Shown here: one piece after another, positions 1-15,000 of the stretch
How the letters are laid out: each line of letters opens with the position of its first letter
Numbering within the stretch: position 1 is the stretch's first letter
Origin: an uncultured Planctomycetota bacterium
GTDB taxonomy: Bacteria; Planctomycetota; Planctomycetia; Isosphaerales; Isosphaeraceae
Length of the DNA: 64,000 nt
Assembly (NCBI GenBank): GCA_963823665.1
Contig: CAWGMQ010000005.1
Coordinates: 32,001 to 96,000, forward strand
Direction: 5' to 3'
Position numbers and translations under genes: made by a program
Notes under the pieces: model-generated
What the model saw: only the letters and a program-made list of their open reading frames with translations
Database searches by the model: none
What the model was told of the DNA's origin: nothing

Positions 1-3000
1 TTGGACTCGCTGCAATCCGCGACGATCACCACGAGCGGCGGAGGGGTTCTGGTCGACAACATTGTGGCCGCCCTGCCGGCGGCGCAAGCGACGAACGCGC
101 CGGCTGTGATGACATTCTACGGGCTTGGCACCCCCGGTCCACTGTCTTACAGCGACGACGGAATCGCGGTGACAAACTTCACGACCAGCGATGGCCAACA
201 GATGGCGTCGACCCTGACCGAGTCACCGGGCGTCTCGGGAGCGGCGCTCTCGATTGCAGTTGGCGACACCGTGAAGATCAAGCCGGGCGGCACGACGGGA
301 ATCGATCTGGACTCGCTCGACCTGTATGCCGCGAGCTCGGCGACGGTCACCGTCACGGGGTATCCCTCAAGTGGTGGCAGCCCGGTCAGCTTCACTCAGG
401 CGCTCACCGGAGAGCCCGCGATCTACGACCTTCCGACCGGCTTCCAATCGTTGTCGGAGGCGGACGTCACCACCACTGGTCTGGTGCTGGTGGAGAATAT
501 CGTGGCGGCTCTGCCAGCGGGGTCGGCCGCGGCACCGGCCCGATCCAGTGGACCGCTCGACATTGCCTTCAACGCCAGTACCGACATGGTGTCGGCCAGC
601 CCGACGGTGGCCCCGCTCGCCCAGCTCGAAGGCTATTACAACCGGATCGGGATCGTCGTGGACGGCAGCACGTTCGCCGCCAATGGAGGTTTCGATGGCG
701 ACGGCGATGCCCTCTCGGCCGCTCAGCTCGGTAACTACCTGCCCTGGAATGGGGCCCTGTTTGCGTTCGGGCCGCCGGGCTCAAACAATGTGATCAGCGC
801 CCAAGGGCAGACGATCCCCTTGAGCAACCTCAGTCTTTCCTCGCTCGACATACTCGGGGCCGCCGTCAACGGCAACCAGGCCAGCCAGGTATTCACCGTC
901 ACGTACACCGACGGCACGACAGCGCAATTTACGCAGAGCATCAGCGACTGGGCCACGCCGCAGAATTACTCGGGCGAATCCGAAGCCGTCCCGATGTCCT
1001 ACCGAGATAAATCGAACGGTTCGCAACAGAGCCCCATTAACTCCAATTACATTTTATATGGCTACACGTTCTCGCTGAATCCAGCGAAAACCGTGGCGAG
1101 CATCACGTTACCGAACAACTCAGACGTCAACATCGTGGGCATCAGTGGCGGCAACGTAATTACCAGCCCCGTCGTCGCCCAACTCGCGGGTCAGTACAAC
1201 CGGATCGGGATCGTCGACAACGGCAGCAAGTTTGCCGCCAACGGAGGCTTCGACGGCAGCGGCAACGCCCTCTCGGCCGAGCTGCTCGGTACCACCTTGA
1301 CCTGGAATGGGACCGTGTTTGCGTTCGGACCCGCGGGCTCGAACGACGTGATCGAGGCCCAGGGGCAGACGATTCCCTTGACCAACATCAATCTGTACTC
1401 GCTGGTCCTGCTCGGCGCCGCCGTCAACGGCAACCAGCTCAACCAGACATTTACGGTGACCTACACCGACGGCATATCCACCACGATCACCCAGAGCCTG
1501 AGCGACTGGGCCACGCCGCAGAATTACTCCAACGAGTCCACCGCGGTGACGTTGTCCTACCGCGACCTGTCGAATGGCGGACAGCAGCAAGGGAGCTACC
1601 ATCTCTATGCCTATACATTGCCCCTGGATCCGACCAAGACCGTGGCCAGCATCACATTGCCAGACAACTCAAAAGTCAACATCCTCGCCATGAGCGTCAG
1701 CGCCAGCGATGCAAGTGACGCTCCCATCACCCCCCAAGTCGCGGGCAACTACAACCGGAGCGGGATCGTCGACGACGGCAGTTCGATTCCGGCCAACGGA
1801 GGCTTCGACGGCTTCGGCACCGCCCTCTCGGCTGATCTGCTCGGTACAGTCGTGGTCTCGAATGGGACCGTGTTCCCGCTCGGGCCGGCGGGCTCGAGCG
1901 ATGTGATCGAAGGCCAAGGACAGACGATCCCCTTGATCAACCAAAATCTTTCCTCGCTGGTCCTACTCGGCGCCGCCGTCGAGGGCAACCAGCCCAACCA
2001 GAAATTTACAGTGAACTACACCGATGGCACATCCACCACGATCACCCAGAGCGTGAGCGACTGGGCCACGCCGCAGACTTACACCAACCAGTCCACCGCC
2101 GTGACGTTGTCCTACCGCGGCCTGGCGGATGGCGGCGAGGAGCAAGGGAGCTACAATCTCTATGCCTATACGTTGCCCCTGGATACGACCAAGACCGTGG
2201 CCAGCATCACATTGCCAGACAACTCAGACGTCAACATCCTGTCGATCGGCGCACCTGGGACCTCGTCGTCCACGACATTCAATGGGACGCCGTTCTTCGC
2301 CTACACGCAGGAAGGCATCAGCTACTTCCAGTTCCAGGGCGACCTGGTGATCCCGGCCGATTCAACCGTGTTAGCGACAACAAGTCCGAATGGGTTGTCG
2401 CTCGACGCCGCCAACGACGTGCTCATCGGGGCGGGCGTGAGCTTCAACGTTTCGGCCGTGGGGACGACGAGCGGACCGGGAGGCGGGGCGGGCGGCTCAT
2501 CCGGAGGAGGCGGTGTGGGAGGCAGCGCTGGTGCTACTGGGGGACCAGGAGGAGGAGGAACAGGAGGGTCTGGAGGCACGGGCGGAACAGACCCAGAAAC
2601 GACTTATATCCCTACCGCCGGGACAAGCGGATCAAGCGGCAATAACGGAACTGCAGGTAAGAACGGTGTTCAAGGAGTCATAGGCGGGACGGGACAGTCT
2701 GGAATCAACAACCCCAGCGGAGGCGGTTCTGGCGGGACAGCCGGTGCGCTAGGTGACGCCGGCAGCACCCCCCCTGCCACGGGAGGAACGCCCGGAGCCG
2801 GAGGCAGCGCGGGCGATAACAACTTTACCGGCAATCCGGGAAGCGGAAACTCGGGCAAGGCGGGAAATAGTGGGAGTTCCGGAAGCAACGGCAGTCCAGG
2901 CTCCGCGGGCGGATCGGGCGTGACCGGAACGAATGCGGCGACAGGTCTGGCACTCACAGGAGGAGCTGGAGGAGGAGGAGGAGCTGGAGGAGGAGGGGGA

Positions 3001-6000
3001 GGCAGCGGGTCCGGAGGAGGAGGTGGTGGTGGTGGCGGCGGCGGTGGTGCAGAGGCAACGTACCAAGATTACGTAACTAGTCCCTATGACTACGCAGGAG
3101 TAAACGGAGGCTCGGGAGGATCCGGCGGCGCCGGCGGCATTGGCCAGGCCGGTGGGGCCGGAGGGCAAGGCGGGGCTGGCGGGGCTGGCGCAGGAGCCAT
3201 CGCGATCCGTGCCGATGGACAGATCATCGTGGGAGATACTTCCGGCTTCTACGCCGAAGGTGCCGCGGCGATTCCGGGATCCAGTGTCTCCTTCTCCGCC
3301 TCGAACGCCTCGGGCGGTAAAGGCAGCAGTGCCGGCAGCGTGTCCAACGGGGGCGGAGCCGGCGGAACGGGGGGATCGGGCGGTGCGGGCGGCGCGGGCG
3401 GCGCCGGCGGTGCAGGTGGAGCCGGCGCGGGCGGTGCAGGCGGCACAGTCGAGCTGATCGGGACGTCGGTCAGCGCGTCTGGAGCCAGCGTCAATACCAG
3501 TGGGGGCGCGGCAGCCACGGATGGCGCGGGCGGCGGCGACGGCCGACTCGTCGTCGGCTCGAATACGACCGCGAGCGCACTGCCGACAACGATAGTCGGC
3601 GCCAGCGTCCAGACCTACGCGGGCTCGACTGCGCCCAACCCCTACCTTTACCAGCAGCCGACGGCCGGAGCCCAGAGCGGCCTATTTGGAACATATTATT
3701 CTGACAGCTATGATTTCGCCGGCTCGGCGACGACCACGGAAGTTGACCCCAGCATCAACTTCCAATGGAAGGGTTCAGACCCGGCCTCGGGGATCTCGGC
3801 CACTGATTTCAATGCCCGCTGGACCGGCCAGATCCTCGCGCCGGAGACCGGGACGTACACATTTGAGACGAGCACCGACTCGAGCGGAGGCGCCCGGCTC
3901 TACGTCAACGGGCAGCTTGTTGTCAACGGCTGGAACGAACAGTCGGGAAACACGACCTCGACCGGAACGATTTCCCTGGTAGCTGGACAGTGGTATGACA
4001 TCCAACTCGATTACTACGAGGGGAGCGGAACCGCCGCTTCCGTGGCGCTGCAATGGAGCGCCGTGGGGACCAATGGCCAGGAGCTCGTTGGCCAGGAGGT
4101 CGTTCCCAGCTCGAACCTGCGGCCGGATACCGTGCAGCAGGACACACCGATCCTTCCGGATCTGGAAAATGGGGCCGCCGACTACGGCTTTATTAGCGAC
4201 GGCTACAGCGCCATCGCCTCTTTCCTCACCGACCAACCGGCGAATGCCGCGGCAGCGGTCATCCGGATTCCGGCTGCCGATGTGCCGGCTGGCCTTACCA
4301 CCAGCTTCCCCGGGTACGACCTGGTCGTTGTCGTCAATCTTTCCGGCACCACTCTCGCCGATCCGGCGCTGGGGATCGGCCTGGGCTCGGCGGTCGGCTC
4401 GTTTGCAACCCCGCTGCTTCTGGGCGGGGCCCTGACCAACCCTGACTTCGGCGGGAGTGGCCCCACGGTTGCGAGCGGGTTGGCCGCACAGTCTGTCTGG
4501 GCGACCTGGGTGCCGGCCGGCTCGACCTACTACGTCAACGCCAATGTGGGTGGAAGCGCGGCTGCCTTGAGCGGCGCCGTCATGCCGTCAAAAAGCGTAT
4601 CCGTGCAATACATCCACGGCCTGTCTCCCTCGGCCATCCCGACGAGCCCGCTCTCCGGACTCCAGTCCCTGGCGGTGTCGCCGGATGGGAAGACGGTTTA
4701 CGGCCTGAATACCGCCGACAACACGCTGGTGGTGGCCGCCGCGGGGACGATGACCGAGCTGCAATCGTTCAAGCAGGGGCTTGACCCGCTGGGCCAGGAC
4801 TACGGACTTGAGGGTGCGACGTCGGTGACCGTTTCGCCCAATGGTCTGTTCGTGTATGTGGCCGGGGCGGGCGAATCGAAGATCGGGATCTTCAGCCGCG
4901 ACCCGAGCACGGGTTACCTGAGCTTCCTGGGGGTAACGACCCCTCTGTCGGGCACCACGCCGGTGACCGCCTCGGTCGTGCACACCAGCGGCGACGGAGA
5001 ACGGCTCTACGCGCTCACAGAGTCGCAGGGAATCGCCGTCGCCTCACTGGATCCTTCCGGTGGCACGATCGGCAGCTTCACCCTTGCCGAGCCCGGCGGA
5101 ATCAGTCAGTTCACGGGGCTGGCCGAGAGCAGTGACGGGACCACTCTGTTCGCGACGGGCGGCGATACGCTGGTGGCGCTTGATTCCACTTCCACGTCGC
5201 TGTCGCAGGAGGCGAGCCTGAACGGGAACGCCTATGGACTGGCGACGATGACCGAGGTCGCCGTCAGCGCATCGAGCATCTATGTCGCCGGCACGAATAG
5301 CGCGGGCGCGGGCGTGCTGGGACTGTTTACCTTCGATGCGGTCCTTCAGGCGTTTTCATTCGTGAGCCTGTTGACCGAGGGCGTCAACGGCACGCGCGGA
5401 TTGCAAGGGGTCACGGGACTCGCCGCATCGGCCGACGGTGCTTACGTGTTCGTGACGAGCGCGACGGAGAACGCGGTGACCTCCTTCACACGCGACCCCG
5501 CGACCGGCAAGCTTACGCTCGCGCAGGTCTTGCGAAACCAGCCGGGCCTGTACAGTCCATCGGGCCTGGCGGTTGCGCCGCTCTCCGCGGCCACCGATCC
5601 CGGAGAAGTGTACGTCGCCTCGCAGACGGGCTTTGCCGGGAACGACGGCGGTCTAGCCTCCTTTGCCCTCGCGACCGGCAGCGCCGCGGCGCCCAGAAAC
5701 TACACGGTCACTTTCTCCGGCGTCCAGACGCTGGACCTTACCACCGGGGCCGACGGCGCCACGATCACTCAAACCAGCCGATCGGTCGCCACGACCGTGA
5801 CGATCAATACTCCGGTCGGGGACAACGACATCACCCTTGACGACATTTCGAGCAATACCACGGTCAATGCGGGCAGCGGCTCGAACACCATCACCGCGCG
5901 ACTCGGGTACCCGGGTGAATCGCTGACGATCAATGGCGGAAACGGAGTCGACGACCTCTCGATCGACGTGGAGGCCGGCGAAAGCACGGTCACGGCCAAC

Positions 6001-9000
6001 CTCGGCTCCGGCGCTGACGCGCTCTATCTCTCGGACGTCGTGGCGACCAGCGCGGTGAGCGTCTACTTCGGAAATGGATCCAACACGGCGACGGTGCTGG
6101 GGCAATACATTGCGCCCGGCTCCTCGGTCAACCTCAATGGCGGCACGGGCGCCAACACGCTCATGTTCGACGCAGGCGGCAGCGCGGTCACGCCGCCATT
6201 GCCTGCCACACCATCGGGGATGATCGGGGTGGCGAACCCCGCCAATCAAACCGTGTACGGAAGCGTTGCCTACAACGGATTCAATAAAGTTTCGGTTGTC
6301 GACGCCGCTCCGACGGTCCAGATCGGCGAGCCGGACTACACGATCGACCAGGGACAGAGCCTGGGCCTCTCGGTCTCGGTCGTTCTCCCGAACGGCGGGA
6401 GTATCCCGGCGAGCGACGTGAACTGGGACTTGAGCGGCGATGGCACCTTCAGTGATGCTCAAGGGCTTGCTCCCACGGTGAGCTGGGATTCGCTGACCGC
6501 GCTGGGACTGGCCGCCGCCGGCAACTACACGATCGCCGTGCAGGTGGACTATGAGTCTTCGGTGGTGACTCGTTATGCCACTCTGACGATTGTGTACGTG
6601 CCGCCCTCCATCAACCTTCCGAACCCGCTGCCGACGGCGTTCGCGGCCGTGCCCTACACTCTCAGCTTCACGCCCTCGGAGTACGGCCCGGAGCCGATCA
6701 GCGGGTTCACGGTCGACTGGGGCGACGGCACGGCGGAGGACCAGGGCGACAGCACTGTCACGTCGTATACACACACCTATACTCTTGGGGGCGTCTACAC
6801 AGTCACGGTGACCACGGTCAACCGCGGCATCACCTCATCGGCGGCGGAAACCCTGAACGTCGGTGTCAACAGCTCGTCGATCGGCGTAGGCGGCTCCCAG
6901 ACAATCGCGCAGGGGGATGGCCTGGACCTGACCGCCACCGCCCCGAGCGTTATCATCGGAAACGCAACCGAGACGCCAGAGAGCTATACCTGGATCATCA
7001 ACGGCCAGATGCATCCCACGAGCGCGTCGCCCACGATCGACCTGACCTGGGCCGACCTCGAAGCCGACTCAATCGAGGCGCCTTCGAGCAGCATCGCGAA
7101 TCCTTATCTGTTCCAGGTCGAGGTCGCCTACCCACCGCCGGTCGGAAATGTGAGGTCGGAACCGGCCACCCTGACGGTGCTCGACACGCCGCCGAGTGCG
7201 ACGCTCTCCGCGCCGGCACAGGTGTCCGAAGGCGGCAACGCCACCGTATCATTCCGCACGCCGGTCGATCCCGCGGCCGAAGCCGTCTTCTCGTACAGCT
7301 TCGACTTTGCCAACACGGGCCAGTTCGACGTCACGGACAGCGCGAGCTCCGAGGCAGCGATCCCGGCGCAACTGCTGGCCAACCCCGGCACATTCACGAT
7401 CCGCGGCCGCGTCACGGATCAATGGGGCGGATTTGGGCCGGATCAATTCTTCACTGTCCAGGTTGTGAATGTCGCGCCCAGTCTGTCGGCGCTGGCCAAT
7501 CAGAGCGCGACCGAGGGCCAAGTGCTCACGCTCCCGGCGACCGCGTTCACCGACCCTGGATACAACACCACTTACGGCACGGACACGATCAGCGGAACGA
7601 TTTCGTGGGGAGATGGCACGTCGAGCCCGCTCTCGGTCACCCCGACGGCAGCAGGTGCCGGCACCGTGACCGGAAGCCACATCTACACGCGGTCCGGGCC
7701 ATTTAGCGCGTCGGTCACGATCGAGGACAGCGAGGGTGTCAATTCGACCCAGAACTTTGGCGTGACGGTGGCGCACGTGGCGCCGATAGTTGTGCCCGGG
7801 CCCGGTGTAACGCTCGATGAAGGAGAGACCCTGACACTCGGCACGGCGGCGGGCGACCGAGTGCCCATCATCTTCAGCGGCGCCGAGTCGGACAGCACGT
7901 ACACGGCGACGGTTGACTGGGGCGACGGAACGGGTGCGCAAGCTATTCCCGCGAGTGAGATCCAGCAGCCGGCCGAGGCTGGCGCGTTCGGTCAGATTCT
8001 CTCCAGCCATGCCTACGGAGTGCCGGGGGATTACACCGCCACGGTGACTGTGAGCGACGGCAAGAGCTCGACCTCGGCCACCCTCACGGTCGACGTGCTC
8101 AGCGTCGCCGCGACGCTGACCTTGTCGGCGACGGCCAGTGGGGTCGAGGGGACTCCGTTCACACTCCATGGTCAGGTGACGAACCCCGGATTTCAGTTCG
8201 GCACGGGGGCCGAAGCACTGCAATCGGCGAGCATACTCTGGGGCGACGGCACCACGACGCCGCTTTCACTTTCGTGGACGCCCGGGAGTCGCAGGCACAC
8301 CCTCGCTGGCCATCGTCGCGGCGGGGCACACCTACGCCGACGTCGGCACTTACGACGCCGAGCTCGAGATAGTCGAGGCCGATGGCACGTCGCTCTCAGC
8401 GGAATGCGCGGTGACGGTCGCCAACGCGCCGCCGACGTTCGTGGCCGTGCCACCGGCCAGCCAGCAGATCGACCAGGGTGGCACGGTCACTCTGAGCGCC
8501 ACGTTTGAAGACCTCGGCTTGCTTGACACGCATACCGCCACGATCGACTGGGGCGATGGGACGTCGGTCACTATCAACGACTCGTCGACGTTCGTGAACG
8601 CCCAGGGCCAAACGGTTCCGGACCTCACCGAACCGACGGCAAGCTCACCCGGAACGATCACCATTGCACATCTCTACGACGATTCGAGTGCGTATTCCCA
8701 GGATCAGCCGATCCCGCTGCAGGCGACCCTGACCGTGGCCGACGATCACGGCGGGACGGTCTCCGACGCGTTCCAGGTGACCGTGCTGGACCTGACTGCG
8801 CCGTCGAGCAGCGTCGCTTCCTTGCCGCAGTATACGACGACGCCGGATTTCACGGTGAGCTGGTCCGGAACTGACAATGCGGGCGGCTCGGGAATCGCGT
8901 CGTACGACGTCTACGCCTCGGTCAACGGGGGCGCGTACACGCTGTGGCAGGCAAATACGACGGCGACCTCCGCGACTTACCCGGGCCAGCCAAACAGCAG

Positions 9001-12000
9001 CTACGCTTTTTACAGCGTGGCGACGGACGAGGCCGGGAACATGCAGGCAACGCCCGCGGCGGCCCAGTCGAGCACTACGGTGGTCCTCTCGCCGCCGACG
9101 AGCAGCGTTGCCGCTCTGCCGGCGACGACGATCAACACGACATTCCCGGTGAGCTGGTCCGGCTCCGGCAGCCCTGGCCTGGCCCACTTCGATGTCTACG
9201 TCTCCGACAACGGCGGTCCGTTTGCCCCGTTTGTTACCGACACCACGGCGACCTCGGCCGAGTTCACGGGCCAGGTCGGGCATACTTACGGCTTCTACAG
9301 CCTGGCCACGGACACCCTGGGACACACCCAGACGACCCCGGCGGGCGCCCAGGCCAGCACTGCGGTGGTCGCGCCCGTCGCAATCACGGCGAACGATCCC
9401 AGCGTGCCGCTGGGTCAACCCATATCGTTCCAGGTGACGGTGACGGGGGGCGCGGGCCAGGTAACGCCGACGGGCGAGGTGACGCTCGAGGCCGACGGCT
9501 TGGTCCTTTCTGATACCGGACTGAGCGACGGAGTTGCAAACTTCGCGGACATCTCGAGCCTGGAGCTTGGTGTCGGCACCACAACCGTGACCGTGCTGTA
9601 CGCCGGCGACGGTGTTTACCCGGCCGCATCCGCGAGCACGATCCAGATCGTGACCGAGGCGGTCACGAAAACGACGCTTGCGAGTTCCGACTCCACGGTG
9701 GCGTACGGTTCGAGTATCGTCTTCACGGCCACCGTCTCGACGGGCATCGCCGGGCTCAACGCGACCGGCTCGGTCACGTTCTTCGATGACGGCGTGAGCT
9801 TTGGCACCAGTGCAGTGGTCGACGGCGTGGCAACAGTCTGGGTAGGGTGCCTGACCGCCGGCGGCCATTCGATCACGGCCGCTTTCAACGACCCAAGCGG
9901 CACGTTCCAGGGAAGCACCGCGGCGGCGGTGACGCAGCTTGTGACGTTCCCGGGCACTCCGGCGGACGGCGACGTCTCGCTCTACGTGCCGACCGACTTC
10001 CTGGCGCAGCCGGGCTCGACCGTCACGATCCCCGTCGACCTGATGGTGACTGACCCGAATGCACTCGCCGCCGGACTGGGCGGCTTCACCGTGCCGATCG
10101 CGTATGATCCCACGATTCTCTCGAACCCAACGGTCACGCTCGGCTCCTACCTGAGCACTCCACTGAACGTGACGGCCGACAGCGCACCTTTCGTGCTGAC
10201 GGCCGACACGAGCACGGCCGGCGAGGTGATCTTGAGCGCCGCGTCGAATCTGGGGACCTTGCCGATTCCGGCCGATACCCTGGTGGAGATCGGCGAGATC
10301 ACGTTCACCGTCAGTTCCGGAGCTCCGAAAAATCCGACGGTCCTCAACGTGCAGCAATCATCCGGCTCGACCGAGCTGGAAGTTTGGGACGCCAAAGGTG
10401 ATTCCGTTGCACTGGCACCGTCGGTCACGAATCTCCCGACCGATGCAATCGACGGTGTGCTGTGGATCGGCCAGGAGACACCGCTCGTCGTGTGGCCTGC
10501 CCCCACGGCCATCACGTATGGCACGGCGCTCGGCGCCGCAGAGCTCGATGCGCTGGCCAGCGTGGCCGGTACCTTCACTTACACGCCGGCTCTGGGCACA
10601 GTTCTCTCGCCCGGGAACGATCAGAGCCTGTCGGTGAGCTTCACGCCGGACGACACCACCGACTACACGACGGCGTCGATGACTGTCCCGCTCGACGTGT
10701 TGCAGGCGAATACCGCGCTGGGCGGCCTCACAGCGTCACAAGCGATCTGGAACGGCACCGCATCGATCAACCTGGGCGGCACGATCACGAGCAACAGCGA
10801 TCTGACCGCTCCCGGCGACGTCTCGGTCACCGTCGACGGCATCACCCAGACGGCCGCCATCGAGCCCGGTGGCTCGTTCAGCACCACGTTCAATACGCAG
10901 GCGATCCCCGCGTCGGCGGCGCCGTATACCATCACATACACTTACGCCGGAAACACGGATTTCACGGCGGTGTCTGACGAATCAACTTCTCTGACGGTCA
11001 TCGCGGCCGCGATCACGCCTGTTTCGCCCAATCCGACAAACACGCCGGTTTCGAGCGTGACGGTGACGCTGGCTGACTCGATCACGACGACCGCGCTCAC
11101 CGCGGCCGATCTGAGCCTGACCGATGACGGCGGGCCCAATCTTGTCAACGGCGTGATCTCGTTGTATTCGACTTCGAGCGACACTTACGTGATCACCAGC
11201 CTGTCTGGCCTGAATCCGAGCGACGGACTCTACACGCTGACCTTGAACGGGGCCGGACTGACGGACCAGGCAGGCACCCCGATCTCCGGGACGCTCTCGA
11301 CCTCGTGGCTCCTGGACACGACCCCGCCAACCAGCACGGTCAGCTCGCTGCCGGAGCAGACCACGTCCACGAGCTTCACCGTACCGGTGACCAGCAATGA
11401 CCCAACCGGGCCGAATGGGAGCACACCGTCAGGCGTCGCTTCGATCGCGATCTACGACTCGGAGGACAGCGGACCGTACACGCTCTTCGCGACCGTGACA
11501 CCCGCAAATCCCTCTGCTCTCTTCACGGGCCAGGCCGGCCACATTTACGGGTTCTATAGCATCGCAACCGACAACGCGGGCAACGTCCAGGCCACGCCGC
11601 CCGGAGCCGAACAGACGATCGCGATCTTGCAGCCGCTTTCCGTGACTTCGATTTCGGCGGTCGTGCCTGACCCCCGGAATTTAGATGTTTCGAGCTTGAA
11701 TGTCGACCTGAGCCTTGCCGTGGCCCCAGGCGGTTTCGACTGGCAAGCTCTGACCCTCACCGATAACGGTGGGCCCAACCTGATCACGAGCGCGGTCGGC
11801 AGCAAAGAACTTGCGATGGGCAATACCTACGTGATAACCGAACTGTCAGGACTGACTCAAGCGGAGGGTGAGTACACGCTGACAGTCAACGCCGCCGACA
11901 TCACGGATCAGTATGGCAATCCCGGAAGTGGCACGATGTCCGTGATGTGGCTGATGGACACGACGACGCCCACAAGCACGGTCAATTCGTTGCCGGCGCA

Positions 12001-15000
12001 GACCGCGTCCACGAGCTTTAACGTATCGGTGACCAGCAGCGACCCGACCGGGTCGAACGGGAGCACACCCTCGGGCGTCGCTTCCATCGCGATCTACGAC
12101 TCGGAAGACGGCGGGGCGTACTCACTGTTCACGACCGTGACGCCCGCAAGTTCTTCTGCTCTCTTCACTGGCCAGGCCGGCCACAGCTACGGGTTCTACA
12201 GCGTTGCAACCGACAACGCAGGCAACGTCCAGGCCACGCCGACCGCGGCCCAGCAAACCGTCCAGATCCTTTCAAATGTGTTCGTAACCTCGATCGCCGC
12301 GGTCAGCCCCAACCCACGAAACACACCGGTCTCGACCGTCGCCGTCACGTTCAGCACACCGGTCAATCCCAGTACCTTCAGCGCCAGCACACTCACCCTG
12401 ACCGACAACGGCAACGCAGTTGCGATCACCAGCGCCGTAAGTCTCAGCCTCGTCTCGGGCAACACGTATGACATCGATGGCCTGGCTGGGTTCACGACGG
12501 CCGAAGGGGCCTACAACCTGACCGTCAACGCATCGGCGATCAACGACACATACGGCAACGCCGGCACCGGCTCGCTGTCGACCTCATGGCTGATGGACAT
12601 TACGCCGCCCACAAGCACGGTCAGCTCGCTGCCGGCCGAGACCACATCCACGAGCTTTAACGTGGCGGTGACCAGCAATGACCCGACCGGGTCGAACGGG
12701 AGCACACCCTCGGGCGTCGCTTCCATCGCGATCTACGACTCGGAAGACGGCGGGGCGTACACTCGGTTTGCAACCGTCACGCAGGCAAGTCCTGCTGCTC
12801 TCTTCACCGGCCAGGCCGGCCACACTTACGGGTTCTACAGCATCGCGACTGACAGCGCAGGGAACGTCCAGGCCACGCCGGCCACGGCACAGGAAACCGT
12901 CCAGATCCTCCAACCTGTGTTCGTAACCTCGATCGCCGCGGTCACACCCAACCCGCGAAACAGGCCCGTGTCGACTGTCGCCGTCACGTTCAGCATACCC
13001 GTCAATCCCAGCACTTTCAGTGCCAGCGCGCTCACCCTGACCGACAACAGCAACCCGGTCGCGATCACCAGCCCCGTCTCTCTCAGCCTCGTCTCGGGCA
13101 ACACGTATGACATCGATGGCCTGGCTGGGTTCACGACGGCCGAAGGGGCCTACAACCTGACCGTCAACGCATCGGGCATCGAGGACACATACGGCAACGC
13201 CGGCACCGGCTCGCTGTCGACCTCTTGGCTGATGGATACGACACCACCCACAAGCACGGTCAGCTCGCTGCCGGCCGAGACCACGTCCACGAACTTTAAC
13301 GTGTCGGTGACCAGCAATGACCCAACTGGGTCGAACGCGAGCACACCCTCGGGCGTCGCTTCCATCGCGATCTACGACTCGGACGACGGCGGGGTGTACA
13401 CGCGGTTTGCAACGGTCACGCAGGCAAGTTCCGCTGCTCTCTTCACGGGCCAGGCCGGCCACACCTACGGCTTCTACAGCGTTGCGACCGACGGCGCAGG
13501 CAACAGGCAGGCCACGCCGGCCACGGCACAGGAAACCGTCCAGATCCTCCAACCTGTGGCCGTGACTTCGATCGCCGCGGTCTCTCCCAACACGCGGAAT
13601 ACACCGGTCTCGACCGTCGCTGTCACGTTCAGCATACCGGTCAATCCCAGCACGTTCAGTGCCAGCACGCTCACCCTGACCGACAACGGCAACGCAGTTG
13701 CGATCACCAGCGCCGTAAGTCTCAGCCTCGTCTCGGGCAACGCGTATGACATCAATGGCCTCGTTGGGCTGACAACGGCCGAAGGGAACTACAGCCTGAC
13801 GGTCAATGCATCGGCGATCGACGACACATACGGCAACGCCGGCACCGGCTCGATGTCGACCTCTTGGCTGATGGACACGACTCCGCCCACAAGCACGGTC
13901 ACCTCGCTGCCGCCCGAGACCACATCCACGAGCTTTAACGTGTCGGTGACCAGCAGTGACCCAACCGGCTCGAACGAGAGCACACCCTCTGGCGTCGCTT
14001 CCATCTCGATCTTCGACTCCGAGGACGGCGGCGCGTACACTCGGTTTGCAACCGTTACGCAGGCAAGTTCCGCTGCTTTCTTCACGGGCCAGGCCGGCCA
14101 CACGTACGGGTTCTACAGCATCGCGACCGACAACGCGGGCAACGTCCAGGCCACGCCGGTGACGGCACAGGAAACCGTGCAGATCCTCCAACCTGTGGCC
14201 GTAACCTCGATCGCCGCGGTCTCTCCCAACATGCGGAATACACCGGTCTCGACCGTCGCTGTCACGTTCAGCATACCGGTCAATCCCAGCACGTTCAGTG
14301 CCAGCACGCTCACCCTGACCGACAACGGCAACGCAGTTGCGATCACCAGCGCCGTAAGTCTCAGCCTCGTCTCGGGCAGCACGTACGACATCAATGGCCT
14401 GGCTGGGTTGACCACGGCCGAAGGGACCTACAACCTGACCGTCAACGCATCGGGCATCGAGGACACATACGGCAACCTCGGCACCGGCTCGGTGTCGACC
14501 TCCTGGCTGATGGACACGACCCCGCCCACAAGCATGGTCAACTCGCTACCGGCCGAGACCACATCCACGAGCTTTAACGTGTCGGTGACCAGCAATGACC
14601 CGACCGGGTCGAACGCGAGCACACCCTCGGGCGTCGCTTCCATCGCGATCTACGACTCGGAAGACGGCAGGGCGTACACGCGGTTTGCAACGGTCACGCA
14701 GGCAAGTTCCGCTGCTCTCTTCACGGGCCAGGCCGGCCACACTTACGCGTTCTACAGCATCGCGACCGACAACGCGGGCAACGTCCAGGCCACGCCGGTG
14801 ACGGCACAGGAAACCGTGCAGATCCTCCAACCTGTGGCCGCAACCTCGATCGCCGCGGTCTCTCCCAACACGCGGAATACACCGGTCTCGACCGTCGCTG
14901 TCACGTTCAGCATACCGGTCAATCCCAGCACGTTCAGTGCCAGCACGCTCACCCTGACCGACAACGGCAACGCAGTTGCGATCACCAGCGCCGTAAGTCT

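Noticed and set aside
8270..8300. Programmed ribosomal frameshift in the adhesin
   Set aside because: No slippery heptamer, and many similar shifts elsewhere point to sequencing error.
5653..14191. Long minus-strand ORFs (e.g. 5653..6774, 8645..10357, 12584..14191)
   Set aside because: Arg/Gly-rich antisense shadows of a high-GC coding strand with no recognisable motifs.
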